NCBI GenBank assembly: GCA_043228905.1
Contig: JBHGNT010000004.1
Span: forward strand, 682,001-746,000
Source: Azolla caroliniana
Lineage: Eukaryota; Plantae; Polypodiophyta
Length of the DNA: 64,000 bases
Direction of reading: 5' to 3'
The translations under genes and the position numbers were made by a program. Under the pieces are notes generated by a model. It saw nothing but the letters and a program-made list of their open reading frames with translations, searched no databases and was not told the DNA's origin. Below, one piece after another: positions 31,741 to 52,720 of the stretch (positions within the stretch are counted from its first letter, which is position 1; each line of letters starts with the position of its first letter).

Positions 31741-34700
31741 CGTCCCCAGTCGATATCCGCCCTTCCTGGGGTTATCTTGCGAGCTGGACCCACCGGCATC
31801 GTTCCATCGCTGCCCGAATCGGGTCTCGTACCGTTGTGAGGGCCCGGCCGCTCCGGCTTTCCCCACTCGTTTGTCTTCTACCAGAGCCTCGTAGTTTCGG
31901 CAGGCGGCTTCTACGAAGCCCATCTTCTCCTCGACTGGGTCGCTCCACCCGGTTACTTCCCGGACCCGTCTCTCAGCGCGGTCCGTTTCATCTTTCCTCA
32001 GCCGTGCGCCGGCGAGGCCTTCCAGCATTGCCGACCAGAAACCGTCTTTGCTCTCCTTTCGGGCCTCGCTGCCCCCGACCCGAATACCGGCCGACGCCGA
32101 GTACTGGATGGCCTCCACGTGTCGGGCCGCTACCTCTTCCATGAGTCTCTTCATACCTCCTCGCCCGTCGTTTCGGTTCAGGGCCCTCCTGGTGTCGCCG
32201 GCGTGCATCCGGCCTTCCCACAGGTACACCACCCGGTTCCTCAACGCCTCTGCGAAATCGCCGTAGTCCTTCCGAATGTGGCCGACCTCGTCGCACCACA
32301 TGCACCTGTTCCCCGCTGCCGGCCGTCGGTCACGAGCCGGTTCGCCGCCTTCCCTTCGAGTTTGGGCGATCTGGAGATCCTTTATGGCCCGCGTCAACTC
32401 CTCCAGCGTTGCTCCTCCGGACGAGCCATTGACCATGCCGGTCGAAGCCGGACCGGTTTCGAGCCATTCCCGGGTTTCTTCCCTTCGCACTTGCGGTGCC
32501 GGTTCAAGCCTCCTTGCTATGACAGAGCCCACACCGGCCGCCCCGTTGTCAGCCCATTCTCGCCGTTTGTCGAAACGGCCACAGACTCTCTTAACCGCAG
32601 CCCAGTCGGTTGTCAGCCCGTCTTCGGTTTCCAGCAAGGAGCCGACTTGATCCCTGTCCCGCTCGTCCACCGACTTGACGAACAGTAGGACCCGGCTCGT
32701 ATCCAGAACGGTTCGGTCAAGCGCCGAAAGGCGCGCAAAGCGTTCTTCGAACTCCCGGAGGAGTGCCGACGCGTTTCTCCCCTTGCCGGGGGACTCCACC
32801 CATTCCATGAAGTCCAGTTTCGAAAAGCCGGAGCGCGTCGTCCAGCCCGTATTTCTCTAGGAGTCGGCCTTCGAACTCCTCCCAGGTACGGCTCTCCGCC
32901 CGTACCTCGAGCACCTCCGCATGGATGCTCGGCATCGCCACTCGAGGAAACCCGGCAAGACGCCTCTCATCCGGAATGTCCCGCATCAGCATTTCTGCCC
33001 CGTAGGACGCCAAATACTTCGTGGCATCCTTTCCGCTGAACCGGCCGATCGTACCGACGACCGCCTCAATGGCTCTGTTGAGGGCGTCGGTGCCCTCGCG
33101 TGCACTCAATATCCGATCCACGGCCGAAGCCATGGCCTCTGCAAGATCCGACCCTTTCATCTTCTGCTCTTCTACCGCCTCCTTCACGTCGGGTTCACCA
33201 AGATGTCGAGGTATTCCTCGCGGATGCGTGGAACGAGGCGGGACCTCGGGGGTTTTGTACCGAAGAGCAAGAGAGAAAGGAGAAGGGAAGAGACCCACTA
33301 GGTGCGACCGTAGATTCACAGGGACACGGCCCTTCGACACAAAGACGCGAGTGGGACAGCGACACACAGAGACACAAATGTATGTATCTATTAACAAAGA
33401 CAAACAACAAGACACGAAGTCCGTTACAACCGAACAGGCCGGCGAACAGATGTCGACGCATGTTCGTAAACGCACAGAAAGAAAGGAGTAGGATGGAGGT
33501 GCTGCCGGAAGCACTCGGGCATTCCTCAGAGCAGCGCGAGCCTCCCGAAACCTGCATCGAAAGGAACTACAGAGTATGGAAGAGAGAGAAGCCTTCGGCC
33601 CGCAATCCGACAGCACTTCGTCCTCTCTGATTCCGCCATCCCATCCCCCTTCTCGTCTCCCTCCTTTTATAGGAAAGGAAGGAGCCGTTTCCCCTTTACT
33701 TCCTACCCACTAAATCTACCTGCCTAGGATCTTCTATGTACAACATTCGAGAAGAGCCGGTTCCTACGCTCCTGCGCACCGATTCCGCTTGTGGACAGTT
33801 TTCTTCACGACAACGTGGATGACTTATTTATCGGAGGAAAGGACCTCGCCGAGATCAACAAAGTTAAATCACTTCTCTCCGGCAAATTCAAAATGAAGGA
33901 CCATCATGAACTTCATTACTTTTTAGGTATTGAAGTAATTCGGACACCAGTTGGGATCATGATCTCACAACGGCACTACATTCTCAACTTACTCTACAAG
34001 TTCGGAATGACAGAGTGCAAACCTGTGACTACCCCTCTTGAACGCAATCTCAAGATCAATGCCAGTTTTGGCACGACCACGAGTGACTCGACTTAGTATC
34101 GTCAACTGATCGGCAACCTAATCTACCTAACCATTACGCGACCCGACCTCAGTTATTCAATCGGTCTACTTACCAGTTTATGCTGAATCCGCGAAATCTT
34201 CATCTGGACTGCGCTAAGAGGATACTCTGATATGTCAGTACGACAATGGACTACGACATTATGTACAAGACAAATACGATCGTTCGACTCAAAGGGTACA
34301 CAGACGCGGACTGGGCAGGATATAAAGTTGACAAGCGATCCACATCCGGATTCGTCTTCTCTCTTGGTAGTGGAGCAATCTCTTGGAATAGTAAGAAGCA
34401 GCTGACAGTCACACTGTCGAGCACGGAAGCCGAATACAGGGGCGCAACAGTCGCCGCATGCGAAGCCGTCTTGCTGTTCAACGCGTACTAAAGGATTTGG
34501 GCGTACCCATCAAGGATCCAATTCGTCTCTATTGCGACAACATGAGCAATATCTACCTGGCGTGGAATCCCGTATTCCACGCGTGGACTAAACATATCGA
34601 AGTGCATTACCACTTCATCTGCGAGCGCGTACAGGCCAGAGAGATCGATCTACAACATACCAGTACGCACCTCCAAGTTGCTAATATATTTACGAAGGCC

Positions 34701-35221
34701 TTAGGAGTCGACAAGCTCAGGCAATTTGCATCGGACCTTGGTCTCACGACATCTACATTGCCGAACTTGAGGGGGAATACAGGTACAGGTAACATGGAAG
34801 CAATACGCAACGATACGCAACACATACGCAATTGATCAAGTACGCGAGTACGCAACACAGCCAACTAGACAAGTCGAAGTACGAACCGAACAACCTTCTC
34901 GATAGATAGAAGTTGTGCTATGAGGGGCGTGTTGAGAGTCGAACACAACTTCTCTTAGATAGGTTTCACACTGGCTCATGGACATGTTGGGCTAGTTTTG
35001 TAAATAATAGAAAGGGCACTTGCCCTAGCTTAGTTGATATATAAACCAACGCATTGTAACTTAGTTGTTGTTGGATTTTTTATATTTTGATACAGTTTAT
35101 CTATCTCTGTCGTAAGAGCTCTCACTCTCTCTCTCTCTCTCTCTATCTTGACACACACACACACACACTCATCGAAGGCAGCATACATGCCGGCCTGTGG
35201 CTTTTTCCACTTCGGCTTTGT

Positions 35222-37272
35222 AAATATATGTACAAATATATATTACTATATGTAAATATGTACATACATGCATTACATACTACATACATATTAGAATCGG
35301 CCATATATATTGACATACATATATACATAATAAATACATACATAACAATTACATATTAATATATACATACACATCCTTACAAACATATTTTATATATTAC
35401 ATATTACACACGTATATTATTATACACACAATTATATACAAATGCAAATATACAAACCAAACACACAAAAATAAATTATATATTATATATATACACATAC
35501 ATACACATATACACACATTCCATACAAACAATACAATACAATATGTACATACATACACACACAAACATAACACATGCATATCATATACATGCATATATAC
35601 CTACATTCATATATCATACATGCATATATACCTATATCCATGAATATGTATATACATACATTACACCCGTTTATACTTGCATATTGACTAAACATAAATA
35701 TATGTACAAATATATATTACCATATGTAAATATGTATGTATATACATGCATTACATATTGCATACAGATTAGAATCAACCATATATATTGACATACATAT
35801 ATACATAATACATACAATAAAATTACATATTACATATATACATACACAAATGCATATATACATACAAAACACACAAAAATAATTTATATATATATACACA
35901 TACACATACATATTAATACCTAAGATTACATACTATATATATACAAATCTTCAAACTTACAAACAAGTTACATATATTACATATATATACACGTGCACAC
36001 ACATAAATAAATTAGATATTACATAGTATATAATCCATACCTCTTACACAATATACAAATTTACACATACATAAATTACATATATACATATGTACATACA
36101 TATTCCACATATCACCATAGATTGAGCCATGCGTGATATTCTTGAGATTCGACATCCGTAATATTCGTGGTATTCGAGAATAGAAAATGGCCCTAAGAAT
36201 ATTATAAAACCATTCGTTTACATATACATATACACACATACATACATACACATACATATATACACACATACACAAACATATATATACATATACACACACA
36301 TACATAGATACATATATACACATACATAGATACATATACACACACATACATAGATACATATACACACACATACATATATGTGTACACAGACATACATCAA
36401 TAATTAATTAACTCATTAATATAATGATTAATTTACTATTAACTAATTAATTCACTTAAACATTAATTAATTTACAAATACATATCTTAATTCATTAACA
36501 CATTAATTAATTCATTGGAAAATATTAGTTAATTAATTAATAATCAATTAATGCATTAATAATTAATTAATTAGGGCTTTGGCAAAACTTAGGGTTTCAG
36601 TGAAACTCTGAATTTGTAGTGGACAACAGGATGTAGGATTAGGTAGAGCATGAGAGGGAGTCGATGACGCAGGCCGAAAAGAAGAAATTTTGTCGAAATT
36701 AGGATTATGACAGAAATTAGGGTTTTCTGTCGAAACCCTAATTTCTGGCCGAGAACAGGATATAGAGGGAAGCGAGGGTGTAAGTAGCACGCAGAGGGAG
36801 TAGGGTGAGGCGTCTTTGCTTCCTGTTGGCCACTGTTCACTCGCTCGTAAATAAAACACAATTTTTTTATTTATTTTTTATTTTTATTTTCAAAAAAAAG
36901 AAGAAAACGAATATATTTACGTGTATTCGTATTCCTATTCGTATGGATTCGTGGGGCAGGCCCCACGAATGCGAATATTTCAATCTATGCATATCACCAT
37001 ATATATGTATAGATTATATTGAACCATACAAACCACAATACTTACATACACACACACATTAGATATGTATATGTATACTTACACATAAATAAATTAGATA
37101 TTACATAGCATATAATCCATACCTATTACACAATATACAAATTTACACATACATACATTACATATATACATATATATGTAGATACATACATAGATATATT
37201 ACATATGTACATACATATTCCACATATCACCATATATATAGATTATATCAGACCATACAAACCACAATACTT

Positions 37273-37312
<40 letters not shown>

Positions 37313-39571
37313 TAGATACATATATGTATACTTACACATACATTGGATATATACATGTATATTACGTACATATTACAAACATACATCCATATACAAGCCA
37401 TATACATATGTACTAAACATGAAAATATCCCAAAAATATGCATCCATAAATACATTACATATATACACGTACATACATTCATACATTTATATACATATGA
37501 CCATACACACACACACACACATACATATTATGCACATAGTACAAACACATTCATACTCATTGAATCATGTATAGTGACATATACATATATGCATACATAT
37601 ACATACATACATATTCCACATGTCACCATATATATACGTACATATGCCTACAATGTTATAAGTTTTACAAACATACATCCATACACATATATACATACAT
37701 TACATACATTACATACATGCATACACATACATTACATATGTACATACATATCATCACAAACTACAATACATACAGATATACATACACATACATAAATATT
37801 ATGAACAAACATCCACACACTCGTGTATGCATATATGCATACACTGTTACACATAAAAACATACGTACATTACATATTACATATATACACATATGTACAT
37901 TCATACATGTACATACATACATTGCATATGCATATATTACCATCACACATTCATATACATTGAATCATGTACATTGTCATATATATGCACACACATACAT
38001 ACATTACATATGCATACACATATGTACATACATGGACATACCTATATTCATTTATATATTGCTACATATACATACATTAGAATCATGTACATTGTCATAT
38101 GGATATATGCATACACATACATACATTACATATGGATATATGCATACACGACATACATTGCATATGGATATATGCATACACATATGTACATTCATACATG
38201 GACATACATATATTCATTTATACATTGATACACATACATACACATATATACGTCATATATATACATAGATATTATGCACATATTACAATCACACATCAAT
38301 ACACATTGAATCATGTACATTTGCATATGCATATATGCATACACATACATACATACATGACATATGCATATATGCATACACGTATGTACATTCGTACATG
38401 GACATACATATCGTCTTTTATACATTGCTACATGTACATACACGTATGCACATACATACATATATTAGATATATACACACATACACACATACACACATAC
38501 ATATATATACACACACACACACCTACATATAGTCTTTTATACATACACATACATTACATATGGATATATGCATATGCATATGTACATTTGTACATGGACA
38601 TACATATATTCATTTATACATTGTTACATATACATACACATATATATTATGCACATATTACAATCACATCTCCATACACATTGAATCATGTACATTTGCA
38701 TATGCATATATGCATACACATATGTACATGGACATACATATATAGTCTTTTATACATTGTTACATGTACATACACATACTTACATATTACAAACAAATAT
38801 CCACTCACACATATAAATATACATACATTACATATTACATATGTACATTCATATATTCATTCATTCATGCAAGCATACATATTTTATGCATACATTACAT
38901 ATATATATAAATATATATATATATATTCATTCATTCATTTATACATGCATACATTCTGTGCACATACATACATAACATACATTCATACTAAACATAACAT
39001 TCAAACATTTATCTTTTTTTAATTTAGATTTTTGCCGCCTCCTCCTTTGCTTCCTCCTCTTCTCTCCTCATTGCCACCGTCACCTCTTCTCCCCTTGTTG
39101 TTTCTGTCCTTGTTTTGCTGCCTTTGATCTCGTTTTGCCGCCTCCATTATTGTTTGGCCGCCGCCTCTATTCTCATTTTGCCGCCACCGCCGCCGCCACT
39201 CGCCTTGTCGTGCTGCTTTTGCTCACCATTATTCTCTGTCGGGGTTGCCACAACTACTCTACAAATATTTTACAGGTACACATAAGTACAAACATCATAC
39301 ATACATAAACCAACACATAAATTCTTAGACACACACACACACACGTGTACATACATACATACATACATAAACCAACACATAAATTCTTAGACACACACAC
39401 ACACACGTGTACATACATACATACATACATACATACATACATACATAAACACACACACACACATAACATATACAATCATACACACAAGCCATACATACAT
39501 TACAATACAATATGTACATACATACACACATGCCCATATACACATATATACACTTACACACATACACATTT

Positions 39572-39612
<41 letters not shown>

Positions 39613-39683
39613 CATAACATATACAATCATACACACATGCCATACATACAATAAACAAAATTAATACATTACAATACAATATG

Positions 39684-39751
<68 letters not shown>

Positions 39752-40138
39752 ACATATACAATCATACACACATGCCATACATACAATAAACAAAATTAAT
39801 ACATTACAATACAATATGTACATACATACACACATACCTATATACACATATATACACTTACATACATACACATGGAATACAATACAATACATACACACAC
39901 ACGTGTAGAATATACATATACATATGGACACATATATATGTAGTATGGAACATACATACACACACACAAACATAACACACAACATACATGCTATACATAC
40001 AATAAATGCAATTAAATACAATACAATATGTACATAATACACACATACCTATATACACATGCAATGCAATCCATACAATACCTATATACACATATAATGC
40101 ATACATACATACACATATACACACATAACACGATATGT

Positions 40139-40169
<31 letters not shown>

Positions 40170-41620
40170 ATACAATAAAATAAAATAAAATACAATATGT
40201 ACATACATACGCACATACCTATATACACATGCAATACAATCCATACAATACCTATATACACATATAACACATACATACATACATGATACACACATAACAC
40301 AATATGTACACACACAAACATAACTCACAACACACATGCATACCACATACAAACATATATGATGTATGGAACATACATACACACGCACAAACATAACACA
40401 CAACACACATGCATACCACATACAAACATATATGATGTATGGAACATACATACATACACACACACAAACATAACACACAACACACATGCATACCACATAC
40501 AAACATATATGATGTATGGAACATACATACACACACACAAACATAACATACAACACACATGCATACCACATACAAACATACCACGTAACTTAATATTTAT
40601 GCCTTTTATTTTAACAGGAAAAGGAGAAAAGAGTAGAAACCAAATATAAACCTACGGTATTGCAAATATATTTTTTGATTTCTTTAAGATATTATTTACT
40701 TCCATGTATATTGAGTTTTCTTGCCTTTGTTGTTACATGTTATAATACAGGTCCAACGTTGAAGATGGAAACGACATGAAATTTATAGCCTAAAATGAAC
40801 TTCTTAGGGTTTTCTTTTTATATAGTTGGTCTTTATAAGGGCAACCTTTATTGTGATAAGTTTTTTAAGTAGACATTGCAATAACAAAATGATTTATTTT
40901 ATTTCATTTTGATTTGGGTAAGAATGTGTGAATAGATGATGTCTTACATTTCAAATGGAAATATGAAGTAGGTTGCCATTTGTTTGATCAATGTGTTTGA
41001 GAAAAAATAATGTTATGGCTTCATATGAGTCTATCCATGAAACCAAACATAATGTTAATTTGTTAGTAATTTCATTATTGATATGCATTTTAGATTGTTC
41101 CATGTGTGCTTTTTGAGATATATATGTCAAGTTCAAGATTGTTTTATTGTAAATTACATTGTTTTTTATCACTCTATATTCTTCACACGTCTCAATAAAC
41201 TAAAAACAAAAACTTATATGTGGCTTATATATGTTATACCTCTAGTGTTTTTGGGAAATGTTTCCTAATTGTGTGTGCATTACTTTATACTTTACACACT
41301 ATGTTTTCAATCTATGTGGCACTTGATAAAGCATTTCTAAGAATTTGCATATGATGTCTAATGTTGATTCATAATTTTGCGAGTCATCAATTGTAAAGAC
41401 GGTCATTGATCCTTTCTAAGAATAGAAACTATGTGTGCATGTATATTTTATATGTAAGGGTATTTAAAATGGGTGGTTATCAAAAAATATATTCGTAATA
41501 AGGGGTATTTTTATTAATCGTTTTTCTACACAAGGGTCACTAAAATAGTAAAAAACATACGTATAAGGGGTTTATAAATGATGTCATGAACGCACGTGAT
41601 ACAACCTTCTTATATATAGT
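35222..41620. repeat. ~6.4-kb degenerate CA/TA (CATA/TACA) low-complexity tract with internal duplications
   Basis: Strongly strand-biased (A/C/T-rich, G-poor) microsatellite-like sequence with higher-order repeats, e.g. ~70-bp units at 40320-40580. Confidence 0.85.
36116..36989. mobile_element. hAT-type non-autonomous element (874 bp)
   Basis: Perfect 10-bp TIR CATAGATTGA/TCAATCTATG and perfect 8-bp TSD CATATCAC. An empty-site version lies at ~37223. Confidence 0.9.
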
Positions 41621-42002
41621 GGACTCCCCGGGTGTTGATTATCCGGTTCTGTTGATCGTCGACGTACAACACAACACAATCGAATAGGTGTGATCAGACA
41701 AGCATACGCTCTGATACCATGTAAGGAAGAGTGGTTGTAATGCAGCGGAAGATGAGTGAGTGAGTGTGTGTGTGTCTCAAGATAGAGAGAGTGTGTGTGT
41801 GTGTGAGTGAGAGCTCTTACGACAGAGATAGATAAATTGTATCAAAGTATAAAACATCCAACAACAACTAAGTTACAATGTGTTGGTTTATATACGAACT
41901 AAGCTAGGGCAAGTGCCCTTTCTATTATTTACAAACCTAGCCCAACATGTCCATGAGCCAGTGGGAAACCTATCTAAGAGAAGTTGTGTTCGACTCTCAA
42001 CA
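41620..42002 (-). mobile_element. Copia 5' LTR (41720-42002), PBS and leader; inverted copy of the LTR at 34930
   Basis: The reverse complement closely matches 34930-35173 and is followed by TGGTATCAGAGC (41719-41708). Confidence 0.9.
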
Positions 42003-42359
42003 GTGAAAAGTATACCACATAGTTCTAGGGTTCTTCTTCTTCCCATTTCGGTTTAGGGTTAGGGTTTTGCTTAGGGTTTCCTTATTCATCTTCTTTACTT
42101 TACTTATCCGGTTAGGGTTTCTTGTAGTTGTTGGGTTTTGGCCTATGCCGCCATGGTTGTATTCGTTTGTGTTTTCTTAATATAACTTGTTAAGTATTTT
42201 GCCTCCATCTATTCTATTCTATATTTATGTGCTATTCTTCCTCTTCTCCTCTTGAGCTAAGCTTCCATTTCGTGTCTTATTCCTTCTCCTCTATTCCCTA
42301 GTCTAAGACCCACGTGGGCCCGCCTCGGATCCTACACATACTCGCGGAATACCGCAACA
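42003..42359 (+). mobile_element. 3' half (R/U5) of an LTR of the 1547-2266 family
   Basis: Colinear with 1945-2266 (GTATACCACATAG, TTAGGGTTAGGG, CTTGAGC..AGCTTCCATT, CTAAGACC) and ends CGCAACA. Confidence 0.8.
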
Positions 42360-42996
42360 CCGCCAAATTGTTTAAGTCGGGAGTTATAGATGTTATGAGA
42401 GGTGTGAGTCACAACAAACCTCTTATATTGAAATTTTGTGGTATTTGTCATTTTTTAACTCTTCACCCACCTTTGTAAGAGATACTCGTTTGAGCTATAT
42501 CAAGATGATCTTCGTATTTACTACCCCTTAATGAGTGGTTACCTAAGTAAATGTTATAATTAGTGAGGTTAATTATCTATTATCATTGATGTATTTTTCA
42601 TTAAGTATATGTTAAGTAGGTGTTAATTTATATTTCTTCTATATTCAATTGAGTCAAGATCTAATTGATACCTCTTAAACATATTTAACCACCCTAGTTC
42701 TTTCACCTAAATCACACTAGCCCTTCTTGTGATGCCGCATGTGCAGAGGGAGAAAAGCACAGAAAAGGGCAGAGATGTATACGTCTTGTATAAATTTATC
42801 ATTTGCTTACTTGAGAGTTCACTTGCATACAAGATGGCTATATACCTCCAGTTGAGAGATCATATGCATACAAGATGGCTATATACCTCCAATTGAGAGC
42901 TTACTTGCATAATGATGGTTGTACATCCGATTGAGAGCTTACTTGACTAGTAAGCGCAACGGCCCTTTAATGTCAACCTTGTTGCTTCATTGAGAC

Positions 42997-43260
42997 CATA
43001 GTACGTAAAATTCGTGTTCGTCTAGTATAACATTCGTTTCCTACGTTGGAAAACGAATGCCAATGTTATTCAAACATTCTTGTGTTTTGTTTTTGTTTTT
43101 CCCCCATTTTTTTAATGTTTTTTTTTCATTTTTAGGCTTATCTACCTCATAATAAATACTTAATCCAAAAGTATGGTATTTATCATTCTTTGAGGGTGTT
43201 TTTCTTTCACGAATGATTGAACCGTTCGCGAATGCGAATGCACGTATGGTTCATACTATG
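42997..43260. mobile_element. hAT-type MITE (264 bp) downstream of paralog 2
   Basis: TIR CATAGTA/TACTATG and perfect 8-bp TSD ATTGAGAC. The empty site ATTGATACCACATG is at ~4849 in the paralog 1 flank. Confidence 0.9.
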
Positions 43261-43566
43261 ATTGAGACCACATGATTTGAATCCTTTTTCTTGAAATGAT
43301 GATAGAGCGAAATGAAGAAGATATGTTGGCACAGAGATTAATTAAATTGTGGAATGAATTATACATAAAATAATGCTTTTAATGAAATCAATCATCATCC
43401 TAGGACAAGGCCTTTATAAACATTAAACCAAAAGCCTATGCACATGCACCTTTATAAATCGTTTGAATCAAATCATTATACATGGGACATTTGCGGAATG
43501 CCCCCTAGGTGACTAACTCAGAAACTCGAAATCCCAAACAATTATCACACACAAAGAGTGCCTTCT

Positions 43567-51208
<7,642 letters not shown>

Positions 51209-52454
51209 GGCTAGTATGCTACCAATGCTGGCAAAAATCAAAGAGAGGGATGAGAAAGGGGCAGATTCAAATGGAAGTGCACTAAATAATGACAGGGGAT
51301 GGTGTGGGCCACTAATTTAATTCAAAAACATTCAAACACCAATTCAAAAAACATTCCCCTCTAAACGTCTGAATCCTCTTCTTCTTCGATTATAATTATA
51401 ATTATTCTGATGATGATGATAATGATGATGATGATGTAAAGGTGTCCGTCTTTGTCTTTGTGACATCCATGTCCGTCAAATACTCGTCTTTCTGTTTCAA
51501 GAGTGGTTTAATCCTGCAGTTGATTATGTGCAAAGAACAGCACAATAATGCATATATATATATATATATATATTTGGATTGATCCTTCGGCAACCAGGCA
51601 TTGTCAACCATACAATAATCAGAATGAGAAAGAAATTTTATCAGTCTATGAGAAAGAGAAGATCCTCCAAAAGCATCATCAACAACATTACAAATATTAA
51701 TTAGAGAGAGAGACAGAGAGCATGTTCTTAATAAATCATCTTTGACAAAATCTGATCTCCAGTTTTTCTGGAGACTTTTATGTAAAATGTATTCTATAGA
51801 TTTTTGGTAATGTCTTTAATATAATCAGGAAGCATTAAGTCGCAATTACTTCTCATAGCATGAAATTTGCTATTTGTTTTGTTATGTTTTGTTGTGTTTA
51901 GGTCAATGATAATCCTCACATGAGCCTAGGCCCTACATACACACATCCACATTAATGGAGGTTAACGAACATGTGGGTGCTAGGACTTAACAGACTTTTC
52001 ATTCTACATTTACTAAATTTCATTCTATATAAAATCTAAGCACACATGCTCTGCAAAAAGGTATGCTATATGTATTGATTAATCATGGTTTGCCAATATA
52101 TAAAATCTAAGTACACCTCTTTTCCAAATCTTTTGCTTTCATTCAGTGACTACACCATGCATGAGACTGAGACTGACAGGTTTCCTTGGCCTTGGGCTCT
52201 GACTATATCATGGAAACCACTTCTGTTTTGTGGGCAGTAAAGTGTCATGTGGCCTAATAATCAATAGTAATATATACAACTCTTAAGAGACATAGATGTA
52301 AAACAAATCAGATTTTGCATTTCACTTCATATCAATAATTGTGAGCAAAAATGCAAGCTCCTCTTTAGAACTTAACCTATCTGTACATCTTTCATGTATA
52401 GCCCTAGGGTGTTTCTTAATACTAATGTAGTCTCTTTTCGTGGACAAAAGAGGT

Positions 52455-52720
52455 TGAAGGTTCTATGGACATGGCCATGGTATCTCAATCTTCAAGTAGT
52501 AGATGTTTTTTTTCCTTTCTTTTCTAATCTTTTCTTTTCTTCTCCCTTTGGACTAAGTAAGCCATGGTATCTCAATCTTCAAGTAGTAGTTGTTTTATTT
52601 CCTTTCTTTTCTAATCTTTTCTTTTCTTCTCCCTTTGGACTAAGTAAGCCATGGTATCTCAATCTTCAAGTAGTAGTTGTTTTTTTTCCTTTCTTTTCTT
52701 CTCCCTTTGGACTAACTAAG
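52455..52720. repeat. Tandem repeat, ~90-105 bp x3
   Basis: GCCATGGTATCTCAATCTTCAAGTAGTAG...CTTTGGACTAA occurs three times here and once in the paralog 1 flank (~15825). Confidence 0.85.

Larger units (their letters stand above)
24602..33812 (-). mobile_element. Near full-length atypical Ty3/gypsy LTR retrotransposon
   Basis: 609-bp LTRs at 24602-25210 and 33204-33812 (TGTCG...CGACA), TSD ACGT, PBS TGGTGAACCCGACGTGA. Gag is at ~33140-31741 plus 29433-29207, protease (LVDHGSEINLMS) at 29167-28739 and RT-RH-IN at 28604-25284. Confidence 0.95.
22350..35173 (+). mobile_element. Degenerate Ty1/copia (integrase core, RT, RNase H, truncated 3' LTR 34930-35173), same family as 1-2875, interrupted by nested inserts
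   Basis: Motifs YVTFIDDFS, LRSDGGKEY, KNETWDLIP and IILYV|DDLFI (split by the gypsy at 24602-33812) are present. PPT TGAGGGGCG precedes the LTR. Confidence 0.9.

Noticed and set aside
30038-31894. 618-aa ORF as a novel fusion protein
   Set aside because: It is copia gag-pol reading by chance into antisense gypsy gag across a truncation junction.
32717-33616. 299-aa ORF running from the LTR through the PBS into gag
   Set aside because: It starts at a non-ATG codon in GC-rich LTR sequence where several frames are open. Only the portion from MKGSDL onward looks like Gag.
35087-40650. Many Met/Tyr/Val/Cys/His-rich ORFs (up to 307 aa)
   Set aside because: Translation artefacts of CA/TA low-complexity DNA.
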